Below are positions 24,946 through 36,102 of a DNA stretch of 64,000 nucleotides, piece by piece. The notes beneath the pieces are model-generated. The model made no database searches and was not told the origin of the DNA. It worked only from the letters and a program-made list of their open reading frames with translations. Numbering within the stretch: position 1 is the stretch's first letter; every line of letters begins with the position of its first letter. The stretch is taken from NCBI RefSeq assembly GCF_006345805.1, contig NC_043020.1, forward strand, positions 26,288,001 through 26,352,000, written 5' to 3'. The translations under genes were made by a program, and so were the position numbers. Source of the DNA: Octopus sinensis. Lineage: Eukaryota.

Positions 24946-25109
24946 GCTAGCCCCATCATCATCATCTTCATGGCATCGTGATGCTTCCATAGATTTGCCA
25001 AAATTTGCTAAAGTTTACCTTCTGCACCTGGATGCTCTTCCTGTCACCAATCCTCACCTATTTCCAATTGAAGGGACACTGCACTTGATGGCATGAAAGA
25101 CCCAAGGGT

Positions 25110-25330
25110 CTTCTAAAAGAAGCCCATTATGTGTGTGTGTTTGTTCCCATACCACTGCTGGACAACTGGTGTTAGTTTGTTTACATACCTGTGACTTAGC
25201 AGTTTGACAAATGACTGATAGACTAAGTACCAGGTTTTAAATATAAGTGCTGGGGTCGATATGTTTTGACTAATATTCTTCAAGGCAGTGCTCCAGCATG
25301 GCCACAGTCTAATAACTAAAATGAGTAAAA
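25110..25330 (-). mobile_element. SINE A fragments
   Basis: Family motifs GCTCCAGCATGGCCACAGTC and AAAGAAGCCC; orientation of the pieces uncertain. Confidence 0.55.
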
Positions 25331-25422
25331 GGTAAAAGATATGTATGTGTGTGTGTATATATATATATATATATAGTGTACGTGTGAATGTATGTTTATG
25401 TAGTGTACGTGTGTGAGTTTGT

Positions 25423-25456
<34 letters not shown>

Positions 25457-25699
25457 ATAAAAAATAATATATAAACTTACTTGGAAATGGATACATTGTG
25501 TCCAATTGAATAATAAATTATAAAATTATATATATATATATGGGTATAGGACGTCACCAACGGTGCAAATAACATGAAATACATAAACAAATGAGGGAAA
25601 AACAAGTGAAATATGTAAACATAAAAAAAATGGAAATCAGTTGTTGGCTGTCTATCTACTCCTCATATATTATATATATATATATGTATATATATATTT

Positions 25700-25950
25700 G
25701 TTGTTAGGGCAGCGGACTCGCGGTCTTAGGATCGCGGTTTCGATTCCCAGACCGGGCATTGTGAGTGTCTATTGAGCGAAAACACGTAAAGCTCCACGAG
25801 GCTCCGGCAGGGCATGGTAGCGACCCCTGTTGTACTCTTTTGCCACAACTTTCTCTCACTCCTGTTGGCCTACTTGCTTAGCCAGTGGGGTGGCATCATT
25901 TGAAGCATTGTAACCAGCGATGTGTTGCAACATCTGATAGCCTGGTCGTG
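25700..25950 (+). mobile_element. tRNA-derived SINE family D
   Basis: TTAGGGCAGCGGACTCGCGG..GGTTTCGATTCCCAGACCGGG. Confidence 0.8.
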
Positions 25951-25959
25951 GGCCTGACG

Positions 25960-26360
25960 AAGCCTTCCAGCTTCACAGACCCCAGTTGACCCGTCCAACC
26001 CATGCTAGCATGGAAAGCGGACGCTAAACGATGATGATGATGATGATGATATATATATATATATCATCATCATCATCGTTTAACGTCCGCTTTCCATGCT
26101 AGCATGGGTTGGACGACTTTGACTGAGGGCTGGCGAACCAGATGGCTGCACCAGGCTCCCATCTTGATCTGGCAGTGTTTCTACAGCTGGATGCCCTTCC
26201 TAACGCCAACCACTCCGAGAGTGTAGTGGGTGTCTTTTACGTGCCACCGACATGGGCGCCAGTCGGGTGGTACTGGCAACGACCTCACTCAAATCTTTTT
26301 ACACTTGCCACCTGCACAGGTGCCAGTGAAACGACGTTGGTAACGATCACGATATTGATA
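25960..26360. mobile_element. Tail-to-tail pair of RTE 3' ends around (AT)n
   Basis: Inverted arms at 25992-26050 and 26064-26115. Confidence 0.85.
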
Positions 26361-26650
26361 TAGATATGCGTGTAGATGTGGATATAAGCGTGTGTGTCTG
26401 TATAGGGAGAGAGAGTGAAAATAAATTTGCTTTGATTGGGACATGAAGTTTCACTTAACAACTTATGGTACAAGTCAACTAGCTGAATCGACCATTGAGC
26501 AAAGCTCGAAGTCCTAGTCAAAGCGAATTTGGCAATAAATTTGATTCTAATTATCGTTATGTTCTCATTGGTAAATTCTCTGTTGTAACAGCACTGCATT
26601 TCCGTGTATGCATGTGCTTGTGTGTGTATGTATATATATATATATATATA

Positions 26651-26890
26651 CTTTATTTAATAGCAGCAGAAAATTCAACAAAACCTGTTACTCTGAGTTT
26701 CACGTTCCCGTTCGTCGGACAGTTTTTGCTAGATTCTAGCAAAAACTGTCCGACAAACGGGAACATGAAACTCAGAGTAACAGGTTTTGTTGAATTTTCT
26801 GCTGCTTTTAAATAAAGCATATTACTCTACCCCTGGTATTTGAGTATTCTTTTTTCCACCTTGATTCACATTTATGTGTTTACTCCGGTA
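26651..26890. mobile_element. 167-bp near-perfect palindrome of a hammerhead-like-motif repeat, flanked by (TA)n
   Basis: 83-bp arms around T26734 with 3 mismatches; left arm minus strand CCGACGA-ACG-GGAA-CGT-GAAA-CTC. Confidence 0.85.
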
Positions 26891-27014
26891 TACATACATA
26901 TATATATATATATATATAATTTCAGCAAAACAATTTAGATTCAAATGAATATTGTACTTAACTTAGGTGCACCAGAATTTTTTATGGTATTACCCATAAA
27001 ATTATGTGGGGTGA

Positions 27015-27235
27015 TTATAACCAAAAAATAAGCAACAAGAATGGATCCGGTAATTTAGTACAATTGTTTCATACTATTGATTTGAGAACTTTACATTATT
27101 GGAAAACCTATATGAAATTAGCTGAAGATTACTTGACATATATCTGCTGTAATATTTGCAGCTTTAATAAATTGTTATAGTATGAAACAATTGTACTAAA
27201 TTACCGGATCCATTCTTGTTGCTTATTTTTTGGGT

Positions 27236-27236
<1 letters not shown>
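27015..27236. mobile_element. Foldback MITE with 56-bp perfect inverted repeats and TA-rich ends
   Basis: 27021-27076 is the exact reverse complement of 27178-27233. Confidence 0.85.
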
Positions 27237-27268
<32 letters not shown>

Positions 27269-27409
27269 GTATGTATAATCATTATCACCATCATACCACT
27301 AAGCATTTCACTTGGCATGCTAATGATTACCAGCTTACCGCCTTTATATATATTGTGATATGCCCGTTCATGTATAATGCTGTTATTTTGGAAGTACATA
27401 TGTCTGTCC

Positions 27410-27583
27410 ATCCCCTACCCAACATTGCTTGACAACCAATGCTGGTGTGTTTGCATCTCCGTAACTTAGCGGTTCAGCAAAAGAGACCGAGAGAATAAGT
27501 ACTAGGCTTACAAAGAATAAGTCCCAGGGTCGATTTGCTCAACTAAAGGCAGTACTCCAGCATGGCCACAGTATATATACACG

Positions 27584-27616
<33 letters not shown>

Positions 27617-27945
27617 GTGAAGGCACATGGCTTAGTGGTTAAGGTGTTGCACTCACGAAACTGAAAGAAGCCCATCTTATATATGTATATATATATATAT
27701 ATATTATATATATATATATATGTATGTGTGTGTATATGTTTGTGTGTCTGTGTTTGTCCCCCCAACATCGCTTGACAACCAATGCTGGTGTGTTTACATC
27801 CCCGTAACTTAGCGGTTCAGCAAAAGAGACCGATAGAATAAGTACTAGTCTTACAAAGAATAAGTCCTGGGATCGATTTGCTCGACTAAAGGCGGCGCTC
27901 CAGCATGGCCACAGTCAAATGATTGAAACAAGTAAAAGAGTAAAA
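27410..27945 (+). mobile_element. SINE A tail half plus a second near-complete SINE A body
   Basis: TTGCTTGACAACCAATGCTGGTGTG..AAGAATAAGTCC present twice. Confidence 0.85.
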
Positions 27946-28199
27946 TGAGTATTATTATTATTATTATTTGTACTGTTGTTTGTTTTGTTTTGTTTATTTC
28001 GATTATCTTTTGTTTATCTTTTACTGTTTAATTTCTTGTTTGTTTATCTCGTAATTATATATTCTTATAATTATTCATTTCATAATTATTTTTGAATTAT
28101 TTATTTTTAGCATTATTTATTTCGCTTAATATCGATATGCTATTATTTGTTATGTAGTTTTATTCATGACGAGTTTTATAATAACGTTTGCCTATCCAT

Positions 28200-28665
28200 A
28201 TTTACACACACACACACACACACAGAGTCAGTCTCTCTCTTTCTCTCTCTCACACATACACACACATGAATATATACGTGGATACACACACACACACACA
28301 CACATATACACATACATTTACGCACTAATGCATATACATATCTTTATTTTGGTATTCAGAGTTTTGTATTTCAAATTCATTTCTTAAATTTATATAAATA
28401 CATATATATATATACACACATATACATACATATTTATATAGAAGTGTATGTATATATATATACATATTCATATACAAATACATACATGTGTATATATATA
28501 TATACACATACATATACATATATATACATATATATATACATATACATACACATACATAGACATACATATACATACATATATATATATATATACATACATA
28601 TATATATACATACATATACATACATATATATACATGTAGATACATATACACATACATATACATAC

Positions 28666-28708
<43 letters not shown>

Positions 28709-28780
28709 TATACACACATGCGCATATATTCATACTCACATACACATGCATGAACAAATACATTTACACACACACACACA
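28200..28780. repeat. (CA)n/(TA)n/(TACA)n microsatellite
   Basis: Read directly. Confidence 0.95.
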
Positions 28781-29087
28781 CAACCTAATTTATTATACAT
28801 TCATTCAAATTTATTTCTATTTATCCATTTAGATATTTTTCTCACACTCGTTAAACATACATTTAATTTCCTCATGCATAATACATATTATGTTGTAGAT
28901 ATAAATATACATTTGTTAATATTAATTTCATATTTATCTAAATGGTTGTATATTTTACATGTCTCATAACAAATTTCACACACACACACACACCACACAC
29001 ACACACATAGATACATACATATATACATACACACAGCTGTTGAAACATTATTTTAAATTCATATTTATATATAGCATCGGATATTGT

Positions 29088-29290
29088 ATGCAAGAGAGAA
29101 AACTGCACTGGTATGGCAGTGTAATGCGTACGAATAAGGACGGTTGCGTCAAGAGGTGAAGATCTCTAATTGGTTTGAGAGAGAACACGCAGAAGGGGTA
29201 GATGCAGGAAAACACGGGACGAAGTGGTAAGAAAGGATCTACAGATGTTGGGACTCATAGAAGGGATGATAGGGGTCTGAGATTTTCCAG
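29088..29290 (+). pseudogene. Decayed RTE-clade LINE ORF C-terminus
   Basis: QERKLHWYGSVMRTNKDGCVKR..RRGRCRKTRDEVVRKDLQMLGL resembles the RTE RLRWYGHV..GRPRKTW terminus; stop and frameshift present. Confidence 0.75.
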
Positions 29291-29599
29291 GTGGCTTGCT
29301 TCACTTGATGTCTTGCAAACAATTTGCACATGCAAGTGCTACCAGTCAAAAACTCCACATACCAGAAGCCAGCAAGTGCATGGGGTCATCAGGAGAGAAT
29401 GCACGCCATTTCGGGGCCTACCTTTCGATGGCATCAATGTGCACTGGCCCCCCCTCACTGATATGAGGTCCCGCTTGCTAGATCAGCTGATTATCAAATA
29501 AAGCTCAATAATTTATTTGATAACCAGCTGAGTATAAGCATGGCTGTTCTTACTTACAGGTTTGTCCCCTGCAACCCTCTCCAGCTGAGCATACCTAAT

Positions 29600-29820
29600 T
29601 TTGAGAGCCCGTAGGTACTGGTGCCATGTAAAAAGCATCTGGGCCGTGTAAAAGCACCGAGTGCACTCTGTAAAGTGGTTGGCGTTAGGAAGGGCAACCA
29701 GTTGTAAAAACCATGCCAAAACAGACATGGAACCTGAACAGCCCTTCAAGTTGTCAGCTCCTGTCAAACTGTCCAACCCATGCCAGCATGGAAAATGGAC
29801 GTTAAATGATGATGAGACAA
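29600..29820 (+). mobile_element. RTE 3' UTR (family C)
   Basis: GGTTGGCGTTAGGAAGGGC..GGACGTTAAATGATGATGA. Confidence 0.8.
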
Positions 29821-30319
29821 AACATGCTTTTGCCTGTCTCTTCTGAAAGCTCATTTTCCCAGTGTTCACCACTTCACATTGTCCTGGCTTAACAGCCCTC
29901 ACCGTTTATTTTTACTGTGTTGTTCTCACTGTCCTGTTTTTGTTACCACTTTAACCCTCCGCAAAAAATCCCAAATTTTTATTTAATTTGCTCTGCAGGA
30001 AGGACTGTTTTAACGAAGTCATGTCTTGTCCCTACCTTCGAAACACGGCGTAGATAAAACAGGGGACAACTGATGAAGGGAATGTTCTTTGTTGCTTGCC
30101 TCGTTTCTCTATCTGTTTCATTTGTTGTTCAAAAAAAGCTTGTTTTCTATATTTTTGTTTTTTATGTTCACGTTTCTCATTTTGTTGACCGTTTTATTCC
30201 CGATCAGAGTTGTTCGAAAACCAAAGTACCCCATAGTATTACATCTATTCTTTTTTTGTTATCAAAATTCTAAATAAATGGTTAGCAATATATTTATTAT
30301 ATTATATGGAAAAAAAGTA

Positions 30320-30720
30320 TTGGAGTGGCTGTGTGGTAAGTAGCTTGCTAACCAACCACATGGTTGCGGGTTCAGTCCCACTGCGTGACATCTTGGGCAA
30401 GTGTCTTCTGCTATAGCCTCGGGCTGACCAAAGCCTTGTGAGTGGATTTGGTAGACGGAAACTGAAAGAAGCCTATATGTATATATATATATATATATGC
30501 ATGTGTGTGTTTGTGTGTCTGTATTTGTCCCCCTAGCATTGCTTGACAACCGATACTGGTGTGTTTACGTCCCCATCACTTAGTGTTCGGCAAAAGAGAC
30601 CGATAGAATAAGTACTGGGCTTACAAAAGAATAAGTCCCGGGGTCGAGTTTGCTCGATTAAAGGCGGTGCTCCAGCATGGCCGCAGTCAAATGACTGAAA
30701 CAAGTAAAAGAGTAAAAGAG
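30320..30720 (+). mobile_element. SINE family A, full length
   Basis: Head, internal (TA)n and tail GAAACAAGTAAAAGAGTAAAAGA. Confidence 0.9.
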
Positions 30721-31395
30721 TATATGTAAATGTATTTTCAGGCTTTTGTGTACAGCAGAATGGAAAGATATATATTCATGAGAGCGAAAAGTGTGACTGT
30801 TTGTCAAGATAGATATATGGATGTACATTAGTGTCAAATAAATGTATGTGTATGTACAAGGGTGCATGCAGGTAAATCTTCTTGATTTAATAGCTTCTCT
30901 TAAAGACTTGTAAAGCAACCAGGACAAAGCCCAGCACCAGAGATGCTGCAAAGCCAAAATTAAGTCTGTAAGTAGACAGGTTTTGATCTCCCATCATTCT
31001 AAGAAACTGACCATATTTCACTAATTTTCTTTGAAGTGGAATGGTAGCAGACACAAGAGACAAGTAATTGTCCAAATTTATCATTTTATGATATTATTAT
31101 CTGAGAATATTCGTTTATTTTCCTAGAAGTTAAGACAAGTGCGTAGTTAAGGATGGATATCTTTATTTCTATTGTTTTATTTCTATTAATTTATTTTTGG
31201 TATTTTTTCTCGTTTGTATCTTTTTGTATTCCCGTACTGTTCTGAGTCAATGGAATAATAAAGTAGTATAATGGCATAGCTATAAAACTGAGGGAAACTT
31301 GAGATTATCTGGCAGTACTCTGGACCCAACGCACCTGAAGACATGCAGGTGCACAGCTACAGTTGGATCATGTTAATGCAATAATGTGCATAATA

Positions 31396-31951
31396 TTGGG
31401 TTGTCCGGAAAGTTCGTGACGATTTTTAAAGGAAAGAAAAAGGTCAATAAATACATCCCATTACATTTTTAATCAACCAAATATGAACCATTTTGTTGCA
31501 CAATGCGTCTCCATCTTTCCTTTAACATGAAAATACCCTCTTCCCAGAATTCATGGCAAAGAATTCATCAAGGTATCTTTTTACGTCATCCAAGGAATTG
31601 AAATTTTTACCATTAAGACTGTTCTGCAGAGACCTGAATAAGTGGAAATTCGAAGGAGCAATATCTGGTGAATATGGAGGGTGGGGTAACATATCTCAGC
31701 CGAGCTGCAGCAATTTTTGTCTGGTTCCCAAAGCATCAAGTGTTGAAAATGAACTTTCTTATCTTCCATTTTAAAGGGTTACAGAATTAACACAGATAAT
31801 AGGAACATAAACCTTCTTCCATGAAAAGATAGCTTAAACTGTGCTCTAAATGGAGGTGTAGTCAAATCCTATTTTATGAACTCAACCATGTTCTAGAATA
31901 AGTCGAAAGGTAAGCTACTATAAATAGCCACAAACTTTCCGGACAACCTAA
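31396..31951 (-). mobile_element. Complete internally deleted mariner element (556 bp)
   Basis: TIRs TTGGGTTGTCCGGAAAGTTCGTG / CACAAACTTTCCGGACAACCTAA; TA TSDs; N-terminus MEDKKVHFQHLMLWE joined to C-terminus PHPPYSPDIAPSNFHLFRSL. Confidence 0.92.
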
Positions 31952-31965
31952 TATGTATATGTTTT

Positions 31966-32139
31966 AAAAAATTAATATAAATGGTTTTTCTGATAATTTT
32001 TCCACTTTAATAATTAGATGTTCACAATTTGTAAATCTAATAATTAGATGTTCATAAGTTTGTAAACAGCTAATAACTTATAGTCATTTAATCATTAAAG
32101 TGGAAAAATTATCGGGAAAGCCATTTCTATTAATTTTTT
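31966..32139. mobile_element. AT-rich foldback element with an internal tandem duplication
   Basis: About 45-bp imperfect inverted arms; internal TAATAATTAGATGTTCA present twice. Confidence 0.7.
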
Positions 32140-32359
32140 CAAATATATTATACTGTACCAAGGACTTAGTATTTCTTATTCTACTATATATATATGTGTG
32201 CGTGTATGTGTGTGTGTATATATATATGTGTGTTTGTGTGTGTGTGTGTGTATATATGTATATATATATATGTGTGTGTGTGTGTATATATGTATATATA
32301 TATATGTGTGTGTGTATATATGTATATATATATATATATATATGTGTGTGTATATATAG

Positions 32360-32600
32360 TGGCACGTAAAATACACCAATCTGACCGTGGCCAGCCTCGC
32401 CTGGCACCTGTGCAGGTGGCATGTAAAAAGCACCCACTACACTCACGGAGTGGTTGGCGTTAGGAAGGGCATCCAGCTGTAGAAACATTGCTAGATAAGA
32501 CTGGAGCCTGGAGCAACCTTCTGTCTTCCCAGATCCCCGGTCGAACCGTCCAACCCATGCTAGCATGGAGAACGGACGTTAAACGAGGATGATGATGATG
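32360..32600 (+). mobile_element. RTE 3' UTR (family C)
   Basis: Family motifs and (GAT)n tail. Confidence 0.8.
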
Positions 32601-32764
32601 ATGTGTGTGTGTATATATGTGTATATATATGTGTGTGTGTGTATATATATGTATATATATATGTGTGTGTGTGTATATATGTATATATATATGTGTGTGT
32701 GTGTATATATGTATATATATATGTGTGTGTATGTATATATATATATGTGTGTGTGTATGTATAT

Positions 32765-32915
32765 AGTTGAAAAATAAAAGAAAATACAAAGACAAGGAGT
32801 GAAAGAGCAACAGACAAGGTGTATCAGGTTGATGATCCGTAAAAATGGAGGAAGTCTTTAATATTTTGAGACCATGCTCTTCTTCAGAAAAAATAGATGA
32901 AGAGAGAAAATAAAA
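32765..32915 (-). mobile_element. Degenerate hammerhead-like-motif repeat
   Basis: Minus strand TTTT-CTGAAGA-A-GAGC-ATG-GTCTC-AAAA-TAT-T-AAAG at about 32856-32891. Confidence 0.5.
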
Positions 32916-32985
32916 AACGTCCAAATTGTATATATATTTACATATATTTCTGTAAATGTCTGAGTTTCACACACACATATATATA

Positions 32986-33018
<33 letters not shown>

Positions 33019-33057
33019 ATGTGTGTGTGTGTGTGCGCCTCTCTCTCTCTCTCTCTC

Positions 33058-33090
<33 letters not shown>

Positions 33091-33272
33091 ATTTAAGTGT
33101 TCACTTCCGGATTCTCTCACTCTGTGAAAGTTTCTAGTTCAAATCACTCGTGTCTTGAAATGTGCTGAAGATTTTCTATTTTGGATATATTTGGGGTACT
33201 TAGGTCTGTTCAGGACTTAGTGCTTGCTTTTTCCATGGGTATGAGTAAGTATTTCATTTATGTCTTACGTAT

Positions 33273-33333
33273 TTATCGCTGACGAGGAGAAAATTCTTAT
33301 GAATTAACTCTGAAATTGGGACCAATACAGTAA
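33273..33333 (+). ncRNA. Type I hammerhead ribozyme candidate with canonical core
   Basis: TTATCG-CTGACGA-GGAG(AAAATTCTTATGAATTAA)CTCT-GAAA-TTGG-GA-CCAA-TA^CAGTAA; predicted cleavage after A33327. Confidence 0.6.
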
Positions 33334-33462
33334 TAATGGAATTTTTTAGAAATTTCTATCGGCTTGTTTCGAGACACATTAATTATAATGGTTATTGACA
33401 ATTTTGTCTTTTTTTCGGCATATTTGACATTAGAATTTTTTTTTTGCCCTTATTCTATTAGT

Positions 33463-33496
<34 letters not shown>

Positions 33497-33707
33497 TATA
33501 TCTTTGAATTGAGACAGTTCTTTGTGTGTGTTTCCAGTACTGATCTATAGAATCTTCTACTATACATACATTTGCGGCAAATATATTCGCAAGAGACACA
33601 CTTGCTGACATCACACCCCTGAACCCCTGTCCCCCTCGCCACCCCCCTTCCCGACACCTGTCTTTCACACTGATTTCTGTGTCACCAACATCATGTCTGT
33701 GACATAC

Positions 33708-33745
33708 CGACAGCAGCCAGCGAAAGATTCGGCAGCATCCATCAT
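33708..33745 (-). CDS. Candidate short first coding exon MMDAAESFAGCC(R)
   Basis: ATG plus donor CG|GTATGT in non-repetitive sequence; no homology recognised. Confidence 0.15.
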
Positions 33746-34189
33746 TTATTTTTGGGTTTTTTTGTCGTTCTTTTTTCTTCTCTCACACACACACACACAC
33801 ACACATAACAACAAAGCCTTCAAATAAATCATAGAGACGTTTCATATTGCTTTATAATCTACAAACTACCATAGCACCTGTCAAAAATGACAGTGTTTAT
33901 TTCTGTCTCTTTGTAGTAATTCTTAACATCTTTACTTCAAATGTTGCTCTATATTCTTGGTTTTTCCGTTTTATTTTCTTCCAATTTTTTTTTTTTTTGG
34001 CATTATATTTACCTCAAACTCCCCCCCCCCCCAATCTTTTGTTATTCTCGTTAACTCACTCATCTCGTTATTTCTTCTTGCGCCTTCAGAATTATTATTC
34101 CTATGTGACGGTGGCACTTGCTTACCGTTATAACATGATGCCGAGACAAGAAAACACACTTGTACAGATGCACACATACCTACACATCT

Positions 34190-34440
34190 CTTTTTATTTT
34201 CTTCATTCACCAGACTGTGGCCATGCTGGAGCACCACCTTGAATATTTAGTTGAATGAATTGACTCCAGTGGCACTTATTTCATCGTTGTCTTTGGCCGA
34301 AGTGCTAGCCTATGGGGACATAAACAAACCAATACTAGTTGCCAAGCAGTAGTGGGGGACAATCTGACACACACATGCATGCACAGAATGAGCTTCTTTC
34401 AGTTTCTGTCTACCAAATCCACTCACAAAGCTTTGGCCAG
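34190..34440 (-). mobile_element. SINE A, diverged
   Basis: GGCCATGCTGGAGCACC and CTTTCAGTTTCTGTCTACCAAATCCACTCAC. Confidence 0.75.
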
Positions 34441-34512
34441 CCTGGGGCTTTATCAGAAGCCTCCTTTTAGTTTGTGTTTTTGAATCTGCTCACAAGGCCT
34501 GGAGCTATAGTA

Positions 34513-35031
34513 CTAGGTTGAGGAAAATGTTTGGGCGCTGTGTTAAAATAATGATGTTTTATGCAAGAATTTATTCAAAAACAACAATAACTATTCTTCA
34601 AAATAAAGACTATAATTTTCTGCACCTTCTGCCAAAGATATGCAAGTTTTCGGATTTGGTCAAAGTACCAATCCTTCAGCTTTAAATTGAAAAATTCTTG
34701 ACAAGCTTCTTCAACTTCATCGAATGACTCAAATCGGTGACCTTCCATAATGTGCTGCAGTGATCGGAAGAGACCATAGTCAAATGGAGTAACGTCTGGA
34801 CTATAGGCTTGATGCGGCAGAACTTCCACACAGTCCAATTCTTCAATTTTGTTGCTGGTCTTTCTGGCGGTATACGGCTTTGCATTGTCTTGTTAAGACA
34901 AAGCGTGTCTTCGACGAACACAGTGAGTCACCATTGAACATGCCATGAACTGAATGAACACACACCACAAAAATAAAATATATAGAAAAGTATTATTTTA
35001 ACACAGCGCATGAACTTTTTCCACACCCTAA
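34513..35031 (-). mobile_element. Internally deleted mariner element, second family (519 bp)
   Basis: About 40-bp TIRs (..GCGCTGTGTTAAAATAAT); TA TSDs; QDNAKPYTA..LPHQAYSPDVTPFDYGLFRSL (second and third catalytic-Asp motifs). Confidence 0.92.
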
Positions 35032-35142
35032 TATAAGACCCAAGGTGCCATACAGTGAGACTGAACCCAAACTCATGGTTATGAAGTGAACTTTTTAACC
35101 ATACTGCTATATGAGTGGGTGCCAAAAAGTTCCTGACTTTAA

Positions 35143-35547
35143 CCTTTTCGTTACCGTATTTATTTTGAGATCCTCTGTGTTTCTTTCAATTAATTTTGAA
35201 TATTACAAAGAATTTAGTAAAATAACTTAGTTATAATTAAGCTAGTGTAAGGAACATAAATTGTGGCTAAGGTTTGGTGGAAGATTTTGATTCAACAATT
35301 CTATATTTAAGAGATAAGGAATTTTGTACATTATTTACATTTAACGGATATTTGTCCTCATCTTTGTAGTTAACACATTTCGGCTGATATACCCTCCAGC
35401 CTTCATCAGGTGTCTTAGGGAAATTTCGAACTTGGGTTCTCATTCCTAAGGTACTTTTCAATGTTATTATTATTATTATTCCGGTCACTGCCTGCAATTG
35501 AACTCGGAATCTTGGGGGTAGTAGCCTGTGCTCTTAACCATTATGCC

Positions 35548-35580
<33 letters not shown>

Positions 35581-35799
35581 TTGAAAAATACCTTAGGAAT
35601 GAGAACCCAGGTTTGAAATTTCCCTCAAGACACCTGATGAAGGCTGGAGGGTATATCAGCCGAAACTCTGTGTTAACAACAAAGATGAGGACAAATATTC
35701 GTCAAATGTAAATAATGTATTTTAATTCAAAACTTATGAAAACAAGACATTTGTACAACTGAGCCAGATCTAGTTTCAGCTGGGTTGGTAACGAAAGGG
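35143..35799 (+). mobile_element. piggyBac-like MITE (TTAA-CC..GGG-TTAA) interrupted by the insertion at 35296-35718
   Basis: TTAA flanks; TIR CC(C/T)TTTCGTTACC / GGTAACGAAAGGG; intact sister copy at 36103-36325. Confidence 0.85.
35296..35718. mobile_element. Palindromic insertion: tRNA-like head plus two divergent hammerhead-bearing arms, 12-bp TSD
   Basis: TSD ATTTT(G/A)ATTCAA; minus-strand A box TGGCATAATGG and B box GAGTTCAATT at 35481-35549; ACAC-CTGATGA-A-GGCTG..CAGCC-GAAA on both arms. Confidence 0.85.
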
Positions 35800-36102
35800 T
35801 TAAGGCCCACATTTCCATGCTTACAAAATAGGAATCAAAGAGAGCCAATAGGTAAAAAAATGGTTTGAGAACACTAACATGGATGATCTATCAATTAGAT
35901 TCTGTCAACCAAAATTCTTTTTGCAATGCTTCTGGCTGAGACAAAGAATTCATTGCAGAAAATATTTTTCAAAGATTTTGCAAATTGGGACTGAATTTGG
36001 AACTGCAATTTAACCAATCTAACTTCTTAAACACAGCCATGTTTATTGCTCATAGCTATAGTCTACAGATACAAGGAATACTTTATCATCATCACCATTT
36101 AA

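Noticed and set aside
27325-27345. Minus-strand donor GCG|GTAAGC
   Set aside because: It is the 5' end of a SINE B head (AAGGCGGTGAGCTGG).
29360-29430. Minus-strand GAAA..CTGATGA motif
   Set aside because: The spacing is too short and helix II is not complementary.
30000-30110. CGAAAC followed by CTGATGA as a type II hammerhead
   Set aside because: Helix I and helix II cannot be formed in the required register.
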